Of a DNA stretch of 64,000 nucleotides, positions 37,930-52,570 are shown in pieces (positions within the stretch are counted from its first letter, which is position 1; the number at the start of each line of letters is the position of its first letter). This DNA is from the human T2T-CHM13v2.0 reference genome, Homo sapiens. Under the pieces are notes generated by a model that ran no database searches, had not been told where the DNA came from, and saw nothing but the letters and a program-made list of their open reading frames with translations. The DNA is taken from assembly GCF_009914755.1 (NCBI RefSeq), contig NC_060927.1. One strand, 5' to 3'. The position numbers and the translations under genes are program-made.

Positions 37930-39150
37930 TTCCTCTATTTACCATTACTGTTGGTTGTTACTTTCTGATTTCTCCTTCCAAATGAACTTTAAATTAGCTT
38001 TGCAGAACTGCCCCTCCAAAAAATAATGGAAACTTTCCTTGTGATTATGTTAAACATATATATTTATTGGAAGGAAAGATTATAGTGTTGTTCAACATTT
38101 AACCATCAAGACCCATTTTCTGCCCCTATGAGTTCTTGTGCTTTAAAAAATCATTTGAGTCCTACATATTTATTTATAAAATTATTTCAAGGTACATTAA
38201 TTAATAGTAAATTCTTAAATGGAAAAATTTTCTGTTTAATTTTATATCCTACCATATACAAATATAATAGCTTTCCTATATATCTTTTATAATTAAGCAT
38301 CTTACTGAACTTTATTTCTAATATATTTTAGTTGATTTAGTGTATTATTTGCAAACAATGATAGTTTTATACTATTCTTTACAACAGTTAAAGAAGTGTA
38401 ATAATTTTATTGTTTTACTGTATTACCAAGAACTTCTAGACTTGTTTTAAATATTGTGGGGTTTATGATCTTGTGTATATTTGTTCTTTTCTTCACTTTA
38501 CTAGAGATACCATAATGTGAGGTTTTATTGCAGATTTACTAATATTAAACAAGTTTTACATTCTTAGGGTTAATCCTACTTATTTATGCATTACTACTCC
38601 TTAAAATGCAAAAATTTAATGCTTTTTTATTTACAAACATGTGTACTTCAGTTTTCATATGTGAAACTGGTGAGAAATTTTCTTTTCTTCTATTATCTTT
38701 CTCTTATTTTGGTATCATAATCATGTTTTATTCATATAATCTAGAACTGGTTAATCTTCACAAAAGATAATCACATACTACAGGCTCTGTTATCTCCTGA
38801 ACATATTGGATATTGGAGCCCTTCTTCTTTGACTTTTCATTTCTGCTTTTTAATTTGAGAGCTGGATGAATCTTAATGTTGGCTTTTAATTGAATAATTC
38901 TTTATTATCTAATGTACTTTCTACCACCTTTATTATTTTCAAACTTCATTACTTCGTGGGTTATCATAAACTTTTGAAGACTTCCTTTATTTTTTAAAAA
39001 AGAAATATAGAAGGTCTATCTTCTGAGCCCTAACATACATGTAAAATGTTTTTGTTGTTGCTTCAATATATGCGAAAACATGCTGTATATTTACTCATTA
39101 TATTTTTATCTCGTTTCTTTAGATATTTCACCAATGTAATCTGCAATTAA
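37930..39150 (-). mobile_element. Highly diverged L1ME-type ORF2 fragment
   Basis: T-rich antisense L1 motifs (cttactgaactttatttctaata, tttgcaaacaatgatagtttt, ttttggtatca). Confidence 0.5.
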
Positions 39151-40479
39151 GTGTTATACAAAACTCTAAGCTTTTAAGTATATTTATAAATAAAGCCATT
39201 GTAGGCTTTAATTAGTTTTTGTTTTCTGTGTTTTGGTAAGTTCTTTTTACAGGGGATAGTACTTGATCGCCCAGTACTGGCACTATTTCTAGAACTATGT
39301 GAGAGATTTTGTAGACCTCTATTTAAAGCAACATGCCCAGATAAGTTTCAAAATGAAATAATTGGAATTTCATGTTGGTTCTTTCACACGGCTAATTTAA
39401 AGATCTACAGACTTCAATAGATAAGGGAAGGAATCAGATACAAATGTGATAGTGGCATGGAGTTTTATTTCTGTAACAAGTATTTGTTTTCTGTATTTGA
39501 TAGTTAGAAATATTTTTAAAATGTGCTAGAGCTCTATTCTTTTTCTGGTTTATTTGCCATTGACTTCTTATCTACTTATATTACTTTCTGGGGGCAAAAT
39601 TCTATAGTGACAGAAAAAGAGAGAGAGAATTTTAAGCAGCAGCTGCTGTAATTGTCCCAGTTCCAGATCTCCAAGAGAATGCATATTTCTATTGTCCCAT
39701 CCCAGATTCCTGTTTTTCCCTTTAGACATGATGCCAGTAAGTTTAACAATGTATATATATGCAACTACATGATTTATTATCTCCATTGATTTCAACAGTT
39801 ACCTCAAGAAGCTGTAAGTTAGTAGTATCCAGAGGCTGTCTCATGTGTATGCTGAACATTACTGTCTTATATATAACTCAAATGCTATCTTTTCACTTAT
39901 ACATCATAAATCCCTCAAAAAAGCCTTCATAGAAATCCCCCAAACCTAATCCTAGTTATTATATTATTCATTTGCATGTGTCATAATAATTTCATTACTT
40001 TGGAGAGCAAGCCCCATTATTAGGGCAACCAGGAGTCAGAAATATATTGGAAACCTTTGCTACCTTTTATTAAACTCGATGTCCTTTACTCATCTCAATT
40101 AGTGATCCCATGAATTCCTAATTTAGTATCTCTCCTTCTCTCCATAAGACTTTAATAAATTATACATCTTCTTTTTAATTTAGAAACTTCAGGCATTCTC
40201 TTTCTAGCTACTAAACCTGGTACTCTTCCCTAAGCCAATAAAAGAGTCCTCTTTGTTCAATGATGCCCTCTAGCAATACTCTCCTTACAAGCTAATTATA
40301 GCAGTGTTACCTAGTGTGACATCTAGGCCCAGTATAAGCTAGGAATAAGTTCCACAGTGGATAGATAACATATTTGACATCACACATTATATTTTTTGGC
40401 AAAAGAATGCTACCTGAATATTTTCCTCAGTTGTTCCACAGCTTGGCATGACTCCCAGCTCTTACTTCCCCGTGTTGAA

Positions 40480-40672
40480 TGTGGTTCTCAAAGACTGGCC
40501 CCAAGACCAGCAGAATCAACTTCAGCATCAGCATCACCTGGTAGCTTTCAATAAAATGAAAATAGGTTCTACTTGAAAACTACTGAATCAGTATCCCTGG
40601 AGGTGAGGCCTAGTGATCTGTTCCTGCAATCCCTCCAGGTAATTTTCATGAATGCTAAAGTTTACAAGCACT
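40480..40672. mobile_element. MER5A
   Basis: gtggttctcaaag...accagcag...cagcatcacctgg...ctactgaatcag...ccctccaggtaatttt...gctaaagttt...cactg. Confidence 0.8.
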
Positions 40673-42781
40673 GGTCTTAGGGTTCATCTGGGGTTTCTTC
40701 TACTTCCTACATACTTGTTCATTTTACCTATGTTAAGTTTGGGATCAATGAATTTTCTTCTCCAGGCATGGTAATTCTATCTTGGCCTAGATTGCAGCAT
40801 TTACTGATGCTTTTTTTTTTCTAATTGATTGTATCCTATAGAGTATTTGGAGGAGGAGGAATGTTGAATACATAATGATACTCTAAGACCATTATAAATA
40901 TAACCTTAATATTGCATTATGTACCTTTGTTACAACATAGTGCTACTACAGAAAAGTGCCACTATACTGGGTAGGTATAGGAAACAAAACTGTGGCAGTA
41001 AACCCTATAAAATGGCTCTAGTTAATAGGAGGTGGATGCAGTTTTAGCTTCCCCACAATTTGCCTCTCCTATTGGTGCCTCTTTGTACAACTTCCCTCCT
41101 TAATGAGCCTCCATTATTTAGTGCTATTTTTCCTCATATTTTTCAATATCTCCTCTAATAAGAAAACTGTTCCTATGAATATACTTCTTATTTCATTAAT
41201 ATGTTATAATAGATGTGGGTCCACCCCCGCATATTTATCGTATATAATATATAATGGGTATTATATATCAGTATGTATTAGGGAATGTTTTTTATTTCCT
41301 TAAGATGATAATGACTGGCTAAATGGATATATTGATTTCATTTAAAATTTCAAGGCTAAAATAAATCAAATAAAAGGAAACATGAAATTCAGAGTGAAAG
41401 AGACCAGATTTGAATCCTGGTGCTGATGATTACTAACTGAGTGTTGATGAGTGTGCTACTAAATGTCTCTAAGCTTCTATGTTCTGAATTGCAAAGAAAG
41501 AAAACAAGTTAATGCAAAATACTAGCATGTTGTAAGAATTCAAAATTAATAAGCAATGTCAATGCTTAGTGGAAATTCAATATATTTTGCATTTTATAAC
41601 AAAGTTACTAAATTGTAAAGCCTTAATCTGTTACCACTATTAGATATCCTTTGTGTTTAAAAGGAAAAATCAACATATTAATTCAAAGGAGTGGGAAAAT
41701 TAGATATCTATTTTCCATTACAGGACCAGGGGTATAACTATCTATCTCTGTATATCTATTTATACACACACTCACACACATGTTTCACTCTAGGATTATA
41801 ATTGGCTTTAAAATGTTTGTTTATGGCCCATTAATGTCTATTATTATTGGTGGGAAAATTCCAGTTTTCCTCTGAATGAAAAAGTCATCATGCTGTTAAT
41901 AACTTGTTTGGAATTATATACCATAGATAACAATAAATTCTTTCTCTACATTTGAATAATAAAGTGTAAAGATTTAACAGTCTTTCAGAGGCTGTGAAAA
42001 TTATAGTAAAATACTACTAAAACATTCCCAATACATTAGGACATAATTTTTGCACAAAAGATAACATTCTAGAAAAAGTTTCAATTTTTATGCAAACACA
42101 TGAGATGTAGAATAGGCTATACAGCTCTCACACATGAGGGAGAGAAACTGATGACAGTGCCACCTCACATGCCTCCAAAGGCTGTGATCTGACTCCAGCC
42201 TCCTATAAGAGAATTATAACAAATTTTTTAATGCAGTAAAATAGAATAAAAAAAGTTTGCAAAGCAAAACTGGGCGTACATGTAGGTGTATGGCTCAAAT
42301 AATCAGAAAGTCACAATGGGACATTCATATATGACAGCATATAAACTTAATGAAAAAAGTTTTTAATAATGAGTGGGAACTAGTCTAGGGCTGAACTAGG
42401 TAAATGAGGTGGATCTGAACCTTTGGTTGGTAGAAAAATATAAACATAAAAGAAAATCCGCCCCCTTTTGATTACTTTATATGCACACCTCATAGTCTGA
42501 CTTCGGATGTTTTAGGCACAAATTTAATATTTTTTAATCTAATATTTTCCTTCACCTTCTCAGTAACAACTGATAAACTATAACCTTTGAAAGATGTGAT
42601 CAGAGAAAGCTACCACCCCTGCCTCACGGCCCCTCCCAATGGCATTGTTGATCAAGAAGTACAAAGGCTAATATTTGAAAGAAACTGAGATTTCTGAAAA
42701 AAGAAACAGGAGAAAGTCGACAAGAATAGTTTATGGCAAAGGAGAAGAAAATAAATAGGAAAGTTTCATGAGAACAAATGA

Positions 42782-42885
42782 CTGGATCACCTATAACCTT
42801 TGCATGGCCCAGGGAAAAAGTACAAGTGGAGGCCGCATACCATCTATCTAAATATCCAAAATGTAAGGTTATGAATCAATCCAAT
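42782..42885 (+). mobile_element. MER115/Zaphod-type (hAT-Tip100) left-end fragment
   Basis: ggcccagggaaaaagtacaagtggaggccgcataccatctatctaaatat. Confidence 0.55.
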
Positions 42886-42940
42886 GCCATAGGTTTTAGA
42901 TTATTTCATTATGATGTCACTCACTCCAGATAACACTTTC

Positions 42941-43745
42941 TGTTTCAAGTTATCTATTGCTACAATACTACCCTCAAAACTTATGGGCCTTAAACAATTG
43001 TGTTTGTTACTTCTTGGGATTCTACAGTTCAGGCAGGGCTTGGCAGAGACAGCTTGCCATTGCTCTGTGTGGCATTAGCGGGGATGGTTTGAACAGCTGG
43101 AGGCTGGCATAAATGAACTAGTGTCACTTGTTTGAATCATAGGTTCTTGTTGTTGGCTAGTTCCTCAGTTACTGTTTCAGCTGGGTTCTCCAGGAAGAAA
43201 ATGCTAAAATGGGACTGCAAGCAGTTCTTCAAGGAAGGGTATGTCTAATGCCTATGAAAGATAAAAGAGAAGGGAAGCAGAATTGGACAGGGAACGCCTT
43301 CAGACCATGACGAAGATTTGGCACCTATGAAAGGAAAGGAGGTAGGAAACTGAATTGTACAAAGAGAACTTTTGATGGCCTGCCTCAGTTTGAACACTGA
43401 GTTAGATACTGAAGGACCTTCAGCTAGTGGTTTTCACTTGACTGCACTCCTTGCTGAATGCTGAATTCCTTCTTGAAGAGAGCATACCTCTGCAGCTGAC
43501 ATAGAAACCTCCATGTGGCCTCTCCCTAAGGTTAGGTTGAGTTTCCCCACAGCATAGTGTCTGTCTTGAGCATGGTGGTTGGCTTCTCTGGAGAGCAAAA
43601 GTGCAGGCTGCCAGATGTTCTTAAGCCTTAGGCCAGCAACTGGCATGGTGCCATGGCTAATGGGCCAGGCCAGACTTAAGGAGAAGAGATTATACAATAA
43701 TGCAAATATCAGGATGCATAATTCATCTACCCTTGGAAATAGTAA
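42941..43745 (-). mobile_element. MLT1 (F-H group) LTR with a nested ERVL-type LTR fragment at ~43173-43505
   Basis: agttatctattgct...caaaacttatgggccttaaacaa; MLT1 breaks at gttcctcagttac and resumes at ctccatgtggcctctc; the nested piece starts tgtttcagctgggttctccaggaag. Confidence 0.6.
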
Positions 43746-44370
43746 CAGTTTTGCCCTAACATTTTCAGGGCCTGAGGTACAAGTATAAGTGGAGGCCCTC
43801 ATACTCCCCCTGCAATTATTTATGTGATAGATTGTATTTCTGTTATATATTGAATTAGTAAACTATTAAAACATATTGTATTCTCCTATCTTGAAAAATA
43901 TAATCTCCTAAGGACCTAAAGGTCGCACTAGAATATGGTGGTACAGAAAGACTGACTTGTTCCTAGTCTCAAGCTCCCAGACTGTGACAATCAACCCCTT
44001 TATTCGCAACCCCAGATCCCCCCAATAGGACCTATCATACATATGTCTGAACACCCCAAATGACATATCCCAAATCAATCCATCTCCTCCGCCTTTCCCT
44101 TCATCTGAAAAAAGCTATCTTTTGGCCAGACCTCTGCCTTTGGGAGGACAGCCTAGGGAAAGGACTCACACAGAACCTGGAGGAATTCCAGGATTCCTCA
44201 TACCTGGAGCAAAGTCTAGGCTATAGATATAGTCTATAAAGGGACAAGCCCCTTGAGCGGCAAACTTTTTACCTTATAGAGAGAAGGGGGCATGGCTGAA
44301 GTGGGGCCGGAGGAGGACTCTGCAGTGGGTAAAGTCCAGAGCAGAAGCCCCACTCATCTAGGCAATATGG
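43746..44370 (+). mobile_element. MER115/Zaphod-type (hAT-Tip100) element
   Basis: Starts cagttttgccctaac...gggcctgaggtacaagtataagtggaggccctcatac; GC-richer body; boundaries approximate. Confidence 0.55.
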
Positions 44371-45144
44371 GGGAATGAAATAGTTGTCTAGAGGAGTGGA
44401 GCAATGAGTAATCTGACCTCAGGCTGTTCTTTTCTTCCTACTTTCCTCTTTGAAACAGCATAATAAACAAAGCAAATACACGTGGCGAGGATTCATAACT
44501 GGGAATTTTCTTATGTAATATAGAAGAGTATATAATATATACATAAAAATAACATAAAAACCTTTAAAATGAATGGACATGACTATCTCTATTGACCTAG
44601 GAGCAAATGATATTGGGTTACATTTTAAAAGTATGTTTAAACGTACAACGCGTATTTTCATCCAATATTTACAGATATTGAAACAAATTTTAAAAATAAT
44701 CTCTGCATCTATAAATATGTTTCTATAGTTTTGTTTGGGCACAGAGAATATTAAGTAGTGGTAGTTATTGACTCATGAAACTGATCAATTTGGGGGAATA
44801 TAATGATGAAGGGTAGAGGGAAGAGTATGTTTCAGAACTTCTCCTGTGTCTCTATTGCTTGATTTATTTAAACAGGCATATAATCTTCGTGCTTTAAGAA
44901 AAAAGTCAAATGAAGTTAAAATCAAAGAAAATGTAAGCTATTAAAGATAAATTTTTAAAAGGTTGCTAAGAATTTCAAAAGACACACAGTAGTCAAAGAG
45001 AATAAAGATTCAGGAAAGGTCATATGATTAGTCATAAGTCATAAGGTGACTTAAAGGTTACTGTACAATGTTCCATTTAAAACAAAGTGAGGATGGGAGG
45101 TTGACTGAGACTTTAACAGCAAAGGAGGAGAAGAGGAGAAAGCA

Positions 45145-45151
45145 GTATGTA

Positions 45152-45183
<32 letters not shown>

Positions 45184-45360
45184 AAATAAAAACATTTATA
45201 TATAATATATAAATATACATAAAATATTTATATATAATATATAAATACATAAAACATTTATATATAATATATAAATATACATAAAACATTTATATATAAT
45301 ATATATACATAAAACATTTATGTATATACACACATACACACACACACACATATATGTATG
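45145..45360. repeat. Compound repeat: (GT)n, ~28-32-bp AT-rich minisatellite x4-5, (AC)n
   Basis: Units aaaacatttatatataatatataaatatacat start near 45189, 45221, 45251, 45283 and 45311. Confidence 0.93.
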
Positions 45361-46282
45361 TGACTATCCACAGCTCCCTCTCAACATGTTACATCTGTGG
45401 TTCTCAAGCTAAATTCTGTGGAAAATATTTTGAATATAAATGGGTATGCCTAAAATTAAAGATAAATAGAAAACAACAAAAACCAAAAAAAAAAAATAAA
45501 ATGATCTAATTTCCATTTTGGAGATTTCATTTTCTTACCATTAAAATGATAAAAAACACTCTTAGAATCAATAAATAAATTGTTTATCTTTATTTAATGC
45601 AAAGTTTCTTGAATATACTTAGCCATGGACTTGTGCTCTTTTATTTTCTCACCAAATTCATATAATGATGACTGTATTATATTACACAGTTCTTAAAAAA
45701 GAATTGCAACATTATTTGATTCCAATTAATTCTAAGAAATGATTTGGCAGAGAGGATACAGGCTGGATTGAGGTCCTTTTATGATTACAATATATCACAG
45801 AGTAGTTTTTAACACAATTCAAATTTTGTGAGCTTGTGTCAGGAGAATGCCAATAATAAACTGCCATTTCTTCCCAAGTTGCTTTCAGGTTTCACTGTAT
45901 CTGTAAAAACTAAAGAGGCTGCTGGTGACTTTAGTAACCAATAAGATGACAAATATTGCTATACTGGTTTGCTATGGAAATGACTATCAGTTCTTTTAAG
46001 ATTATAATTTATATAATGATTATAGCTATTGTAATATAGGTATACCAATTGAACAAAAAAGAACAAGTAAAATTAAAGAAATGCACTCTTAAATAAAACA
46101 CTTTAGGTTATTTTTGTAACTTTACTCTAGGCCCTGAGGAACTTGCATGCTGAATATTTTTCCTACCAAAAGAAAGATTATACTACACGGGGGGAATGGA
46201 GGAATATATATAAGTAACTATAAAACAAATCATAATTTGAAAAAAAGAAAACAAAAGTAAAACATTCTATAAAAATACCAAT

Positions 46283-48335
<2,053 letters not shown>

Positions 48336-48399
48336 TTTTAAATGCCCATAAAGTCAAATTATGTTAGGAGGTAAAAACGTTCAGACATACAAAAACGGT

Positions 48400-49930
48400 A
48401 AAGAAAAAAGTCTAGGTACTTACCAACAGGCTTAAGTGGTAAAATATTACAAAGATAGTTGAATCCTCTACCCTAGCACATTTCTTACCCTTGTGTCTGC
48501 AGGAAGCCATTATGAATTTGTGGTTTATCATTTCAAGCTACTGCATGTGAACTTGGCATTATATAGAAATACATGTTATGCAGCAATATATATAACTATT
48601 GTCCTGTTGATTTTTAAAATTATGTAGACAGTATCATACTGCATGTATTCTCTGCTTTTTGTTATTCTTTGTAGTATATTGTGGTTTGAAATTTTCTATA
48701 CCGATGCATGTATTTCTTCTTCATATTGTTTCACTGTGTGTATATCCTTTTTAATCCAGAGTGCACACTTCATTTTTTCATTTTCCTATTTACTGACATT
48801 TATATTGTTTCCATGTTTATACTTTGCAAACTATGCTCTTATGAAATTTCTTGTTCTTGTCTCCTTATGCACACAGCATGAGAATATTTATAAACTGTAC
48901 AGCTGGATTCACACTTCCAGAATGCAGGGATGCAGATTTTCAATCTTAGTATCCTCTCTTGACAAATTTATCTCTAAACTTTTAAAATAAATTTTCGCTA
49001 ACCACCAGCTACCTAGGATGGGTCCTGGGACTCCACATCTTCATCAACACTTAGTATTTCCACAGTATTAAATTTTTTATTTCCAATTTCTGTGTATGAG
49101 TTAGTTTCTCATTGTGATTTTAATATGCTTTTCTATCAATGAATAGTAAAATTATATATATATATACATTATATAATTGTATTGGTATATGCAATTTATT
49201 TTCCTCTTCTGTGAATGTCCTGTTCCTACTCACTGATCTGTAATTTCCCATTATGATATGTACAGTTTATATTTATGCTTGGGTCTGTCCTTAGTGTAAA
49301 CAGTACAGTATTATAACACTTACTCTAGATTTGCAAACTCTTTTGGCTATTCTTTTGTTTTTGCTCTCCTATTAAAATTAAGAATAAAATTTTCAATTCA
49401 GATGGGATAGCTTTGTTGGGCTTTTAATGGTATTCTATGGAATTTTTAGATAGAGATAATTAAGATAACTACCATTTTAGATATTGTATTCTTGCACATG
49501 GCTTTATCTGTATACATTTTCTAATATTGTTCCAATTAGTTTTAATGGTACTTTGAAAGGCCTCACATGTCTTTCATTAAATTTATTCTTAGTTACGTAA
49601 GATTTGTATTTTTATTTTAAATCAAATATTTACATTTTTGTTTTATTTCTCTAGCTAAAGAAATATAAAATGTCTTTTAGTAATGATGACAGGGAGTTTT
49701 CATCTGTTCTTAGTTTCATAAGAGTTTTAATCATAGAAACGTGTAAAATTTTAACTAATTTTCTAATTTCAAAATTTGAAAGATGATAGTTCATCTTTTT
49801 TGTTAATGTTGTTAATTGCATTCTGCTAGGATAACATAATTGGTGCATACTAATTATTTGATGATTATCAAGAAACTGCCATTTTCCATCCAATCTCCAT
49901 TCCATTGTTCAATGATAATAATATCGTTGG
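48400..49930 (-). mobile_element. Old L1ME-type fragments
   Basis: ctccacatcttcatcaacacttagtatt, ctcattgtgattttaat, ttcctcttctgtgaatg. Confidence 0.55.
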
Positions 49931-50093
49931 CTGCACATGTTGCCTAGAATGAAGACAAAATATCCAGCCTCTCTTGCAGCTACATGTATTGTGTGTTTTA
50001 GTAGAGTGGCTTATATGGTACTGTCTTACTTCACAGTAAACTGGTTTACCCCATTGTCAATGAGATTTCCCATCTTGCACATAGGCTGGGTCT

Positions 50094-50169
50094 TGTCTCC
50101 TGCCACTACTCTTCTCATAAACATATGGCCTGTCTCTTGCCACTACTCTGTTCCCATAAACATATGGCC
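50094..50169. repeat. Tandem duplication of a ~37-39-bp unit
   Basis: tgtctcctgccactactcttctcataaacatatggcc followed by tgtctcttgccactactctgttcccataaacatatggcc. Confidence 0.9.
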
Positions 50170-50553
50170 TTTGAAAGGAAAAGTCCTAGCCATCAGGAAC
50201 CTGCTTGTGTGCCAAGGAGAGGTATTTGCTTTACAACTGGTTCACTTATCTTGCCTCCTTTCTTTTTAGTTTATGAGGATTTTACTTTTTTATCAGCTTG
50301 TCTATGTATTCTAAATGATGTTTAAAACATATTCTATACTGCAGCTTTTTGTTTTCCTTTGCTTTTCTGTGCCAGGAGAGTTCCATCAGTTTACCCACTA
50401 AACCATATTGCTATAATTAAAATCAAACCGGTGATTTGACTTTTTATGTTGTATATACGTTTACGGTATATGTTTAATGTAAAAAATCATATGCTCTCAA
50501 TAATTTTATTTCCTCATTCTGAGTGTTTTTGGCATTTACTTCTGTTTCCTTTT

Positions 50554-50862
<309 letters not shown>

Positions 50863-52165
50863 TAACTGCATAAAGCTTCAACTATAATTCTTAATAAAAA
50901 TCTGGCTTAGGTCTATTGCATAGATCTTCAAGTGTAATTTTTAATAAAGAGCAAGTTTCTTCTTGTTTTCTCTAAAGAATATCCCTGTATGCATTTTCTA
51001 ATTAGGTATGATATTTTAATCAGAAATGTGTTTTGAATATTGAGAACATTACACTTTATGATTTAATAGATATGTTGAAGTCAAAATCTTGCTGTTCCTG
51101 ATTTATATTCTATTGAATTCAAATTGCTTATATTTAAGATTCTTGAATCTATGTATTTTAGCAGATATTGACATGCAAATTTTATTTTTTGCTATTAATT
51201 TCAATGCTGTGTGAAAATTGTAAGGTATACTAGAGACTTTTCCCTTTACGTGTTACACATTTTAAAACAAATAACCATCAAATCTATCTGAGGCCAGGGC
51301 CCTTGTTGGAAATAATTATTTGAAATATTTTTAATATCTTCTATGGTTAGTGATATAATCATGCTTCCCACTTTTTCCAGCACCAATTTTGATAATTTAT
51401 CTTTTCTTGGACAATGATTACCATATAATGAGGTTTCCAACTACATCTGGTATTTTCTTTTCTTAAAAATGTCATATCAATTTAATGGCTAAAATATTTT
51501 TGTTGCTTATGTTGAATATTTCTTAAATTCTCTCTTCACACAATCAGGCATATAAGAACTATTTTTCATTTTGTAATTCTTTATCAGTGCCACTACTTGC
51601 TTTCCCCTATTTCAATTAATGTCTCCTTTAGCAGTTGCCAAATAGGGTACTTTGTTTCATTATAGTGAAATCATTAATTCATTTATTTTCCTTATTTCTT
51701 TTTATGATTAAAGCATTAAGTGCTTAGTACAGTATTATTTCTATTTTTCTACAGTGTCAATTTTGCTTTTTATTATATCCAATAAAAATTTCCATTTCAC
51801 TTTTGCATTTTTAATCTCCAAATATTTTTCCTTATCTCATCCAGTTCTCTTTTAATCTCAGCTTTCGTCTTAGGTACCTTCCTTTAATCTTTCTTATTAC
51901 TTTATTTTTTGTAATCTCTTTATTCACGAATTACTCGCTTATTAGATTTTATTGAGAACAAAAGCAGATGGTTTCTAAATGTATATGTAATCCTATTTCT
52001 TTCTCCTATTTATCTCCTTAACATTTATCTGCTACTAGAGTAGTATGCTACTTTTTTGTTGTTTCAGATTATTTTTCGTAGCTTCTAGGTTTTTTAAAAA
52101 ATTCTTTATTTAAATTCACTCATCCTTGCATGAATACTAGACTTAATAGTTCTTGGGATTACTAA

Positions 52166-52570
52166 CTACATCAATCTGGTTACTATGCAGTGACAAACAA
52201 CCTCAAAATCTCAGTGGCTTAAAGCAGTAGGAGTTGACTTCTTGCTCCTAACTCATGTTCACATTACAGTCAGCGTTGGGCTCTGCTTCATGTCATCTTC
52301 CCCGTGTCTCAGGCTGATGCAGCCTCTACCTCCTGGAGCATCATCATTTGCCATAGCACAGGAAAAAGAGTATGGTGAATGACCACACCAACTCTTAAGA
52401 ACTTGTGCCCAGAGATGATAGAGATGATGCATGTCACTGCTGATCCTTCATTGGCCTAAGCAAGTCACACGGCCACAACTAACTTCAAGGAGCCTAGGAA
52501 GTACATTTCTACCATGTGCTCAGTAAAAGTAGAGAACTAAAAATACTCATGAACAACCAATGATTACTAC
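52166..52570 (-). mobile_element. MLT1 (I/J-like) MaLR LTR
   Basis: gcagtgacaaacaacctcaaaatctcagtggcttaaa...cattggcctaagcaagtcacacggcc...aacttcaagg...tgattactaca. Confidence 0.75.

Noticed and set aside
40258-40280. CTCF-like motif tgccctctagc
   Set aside because: Only a partial match; the CCAC-side core is absent.
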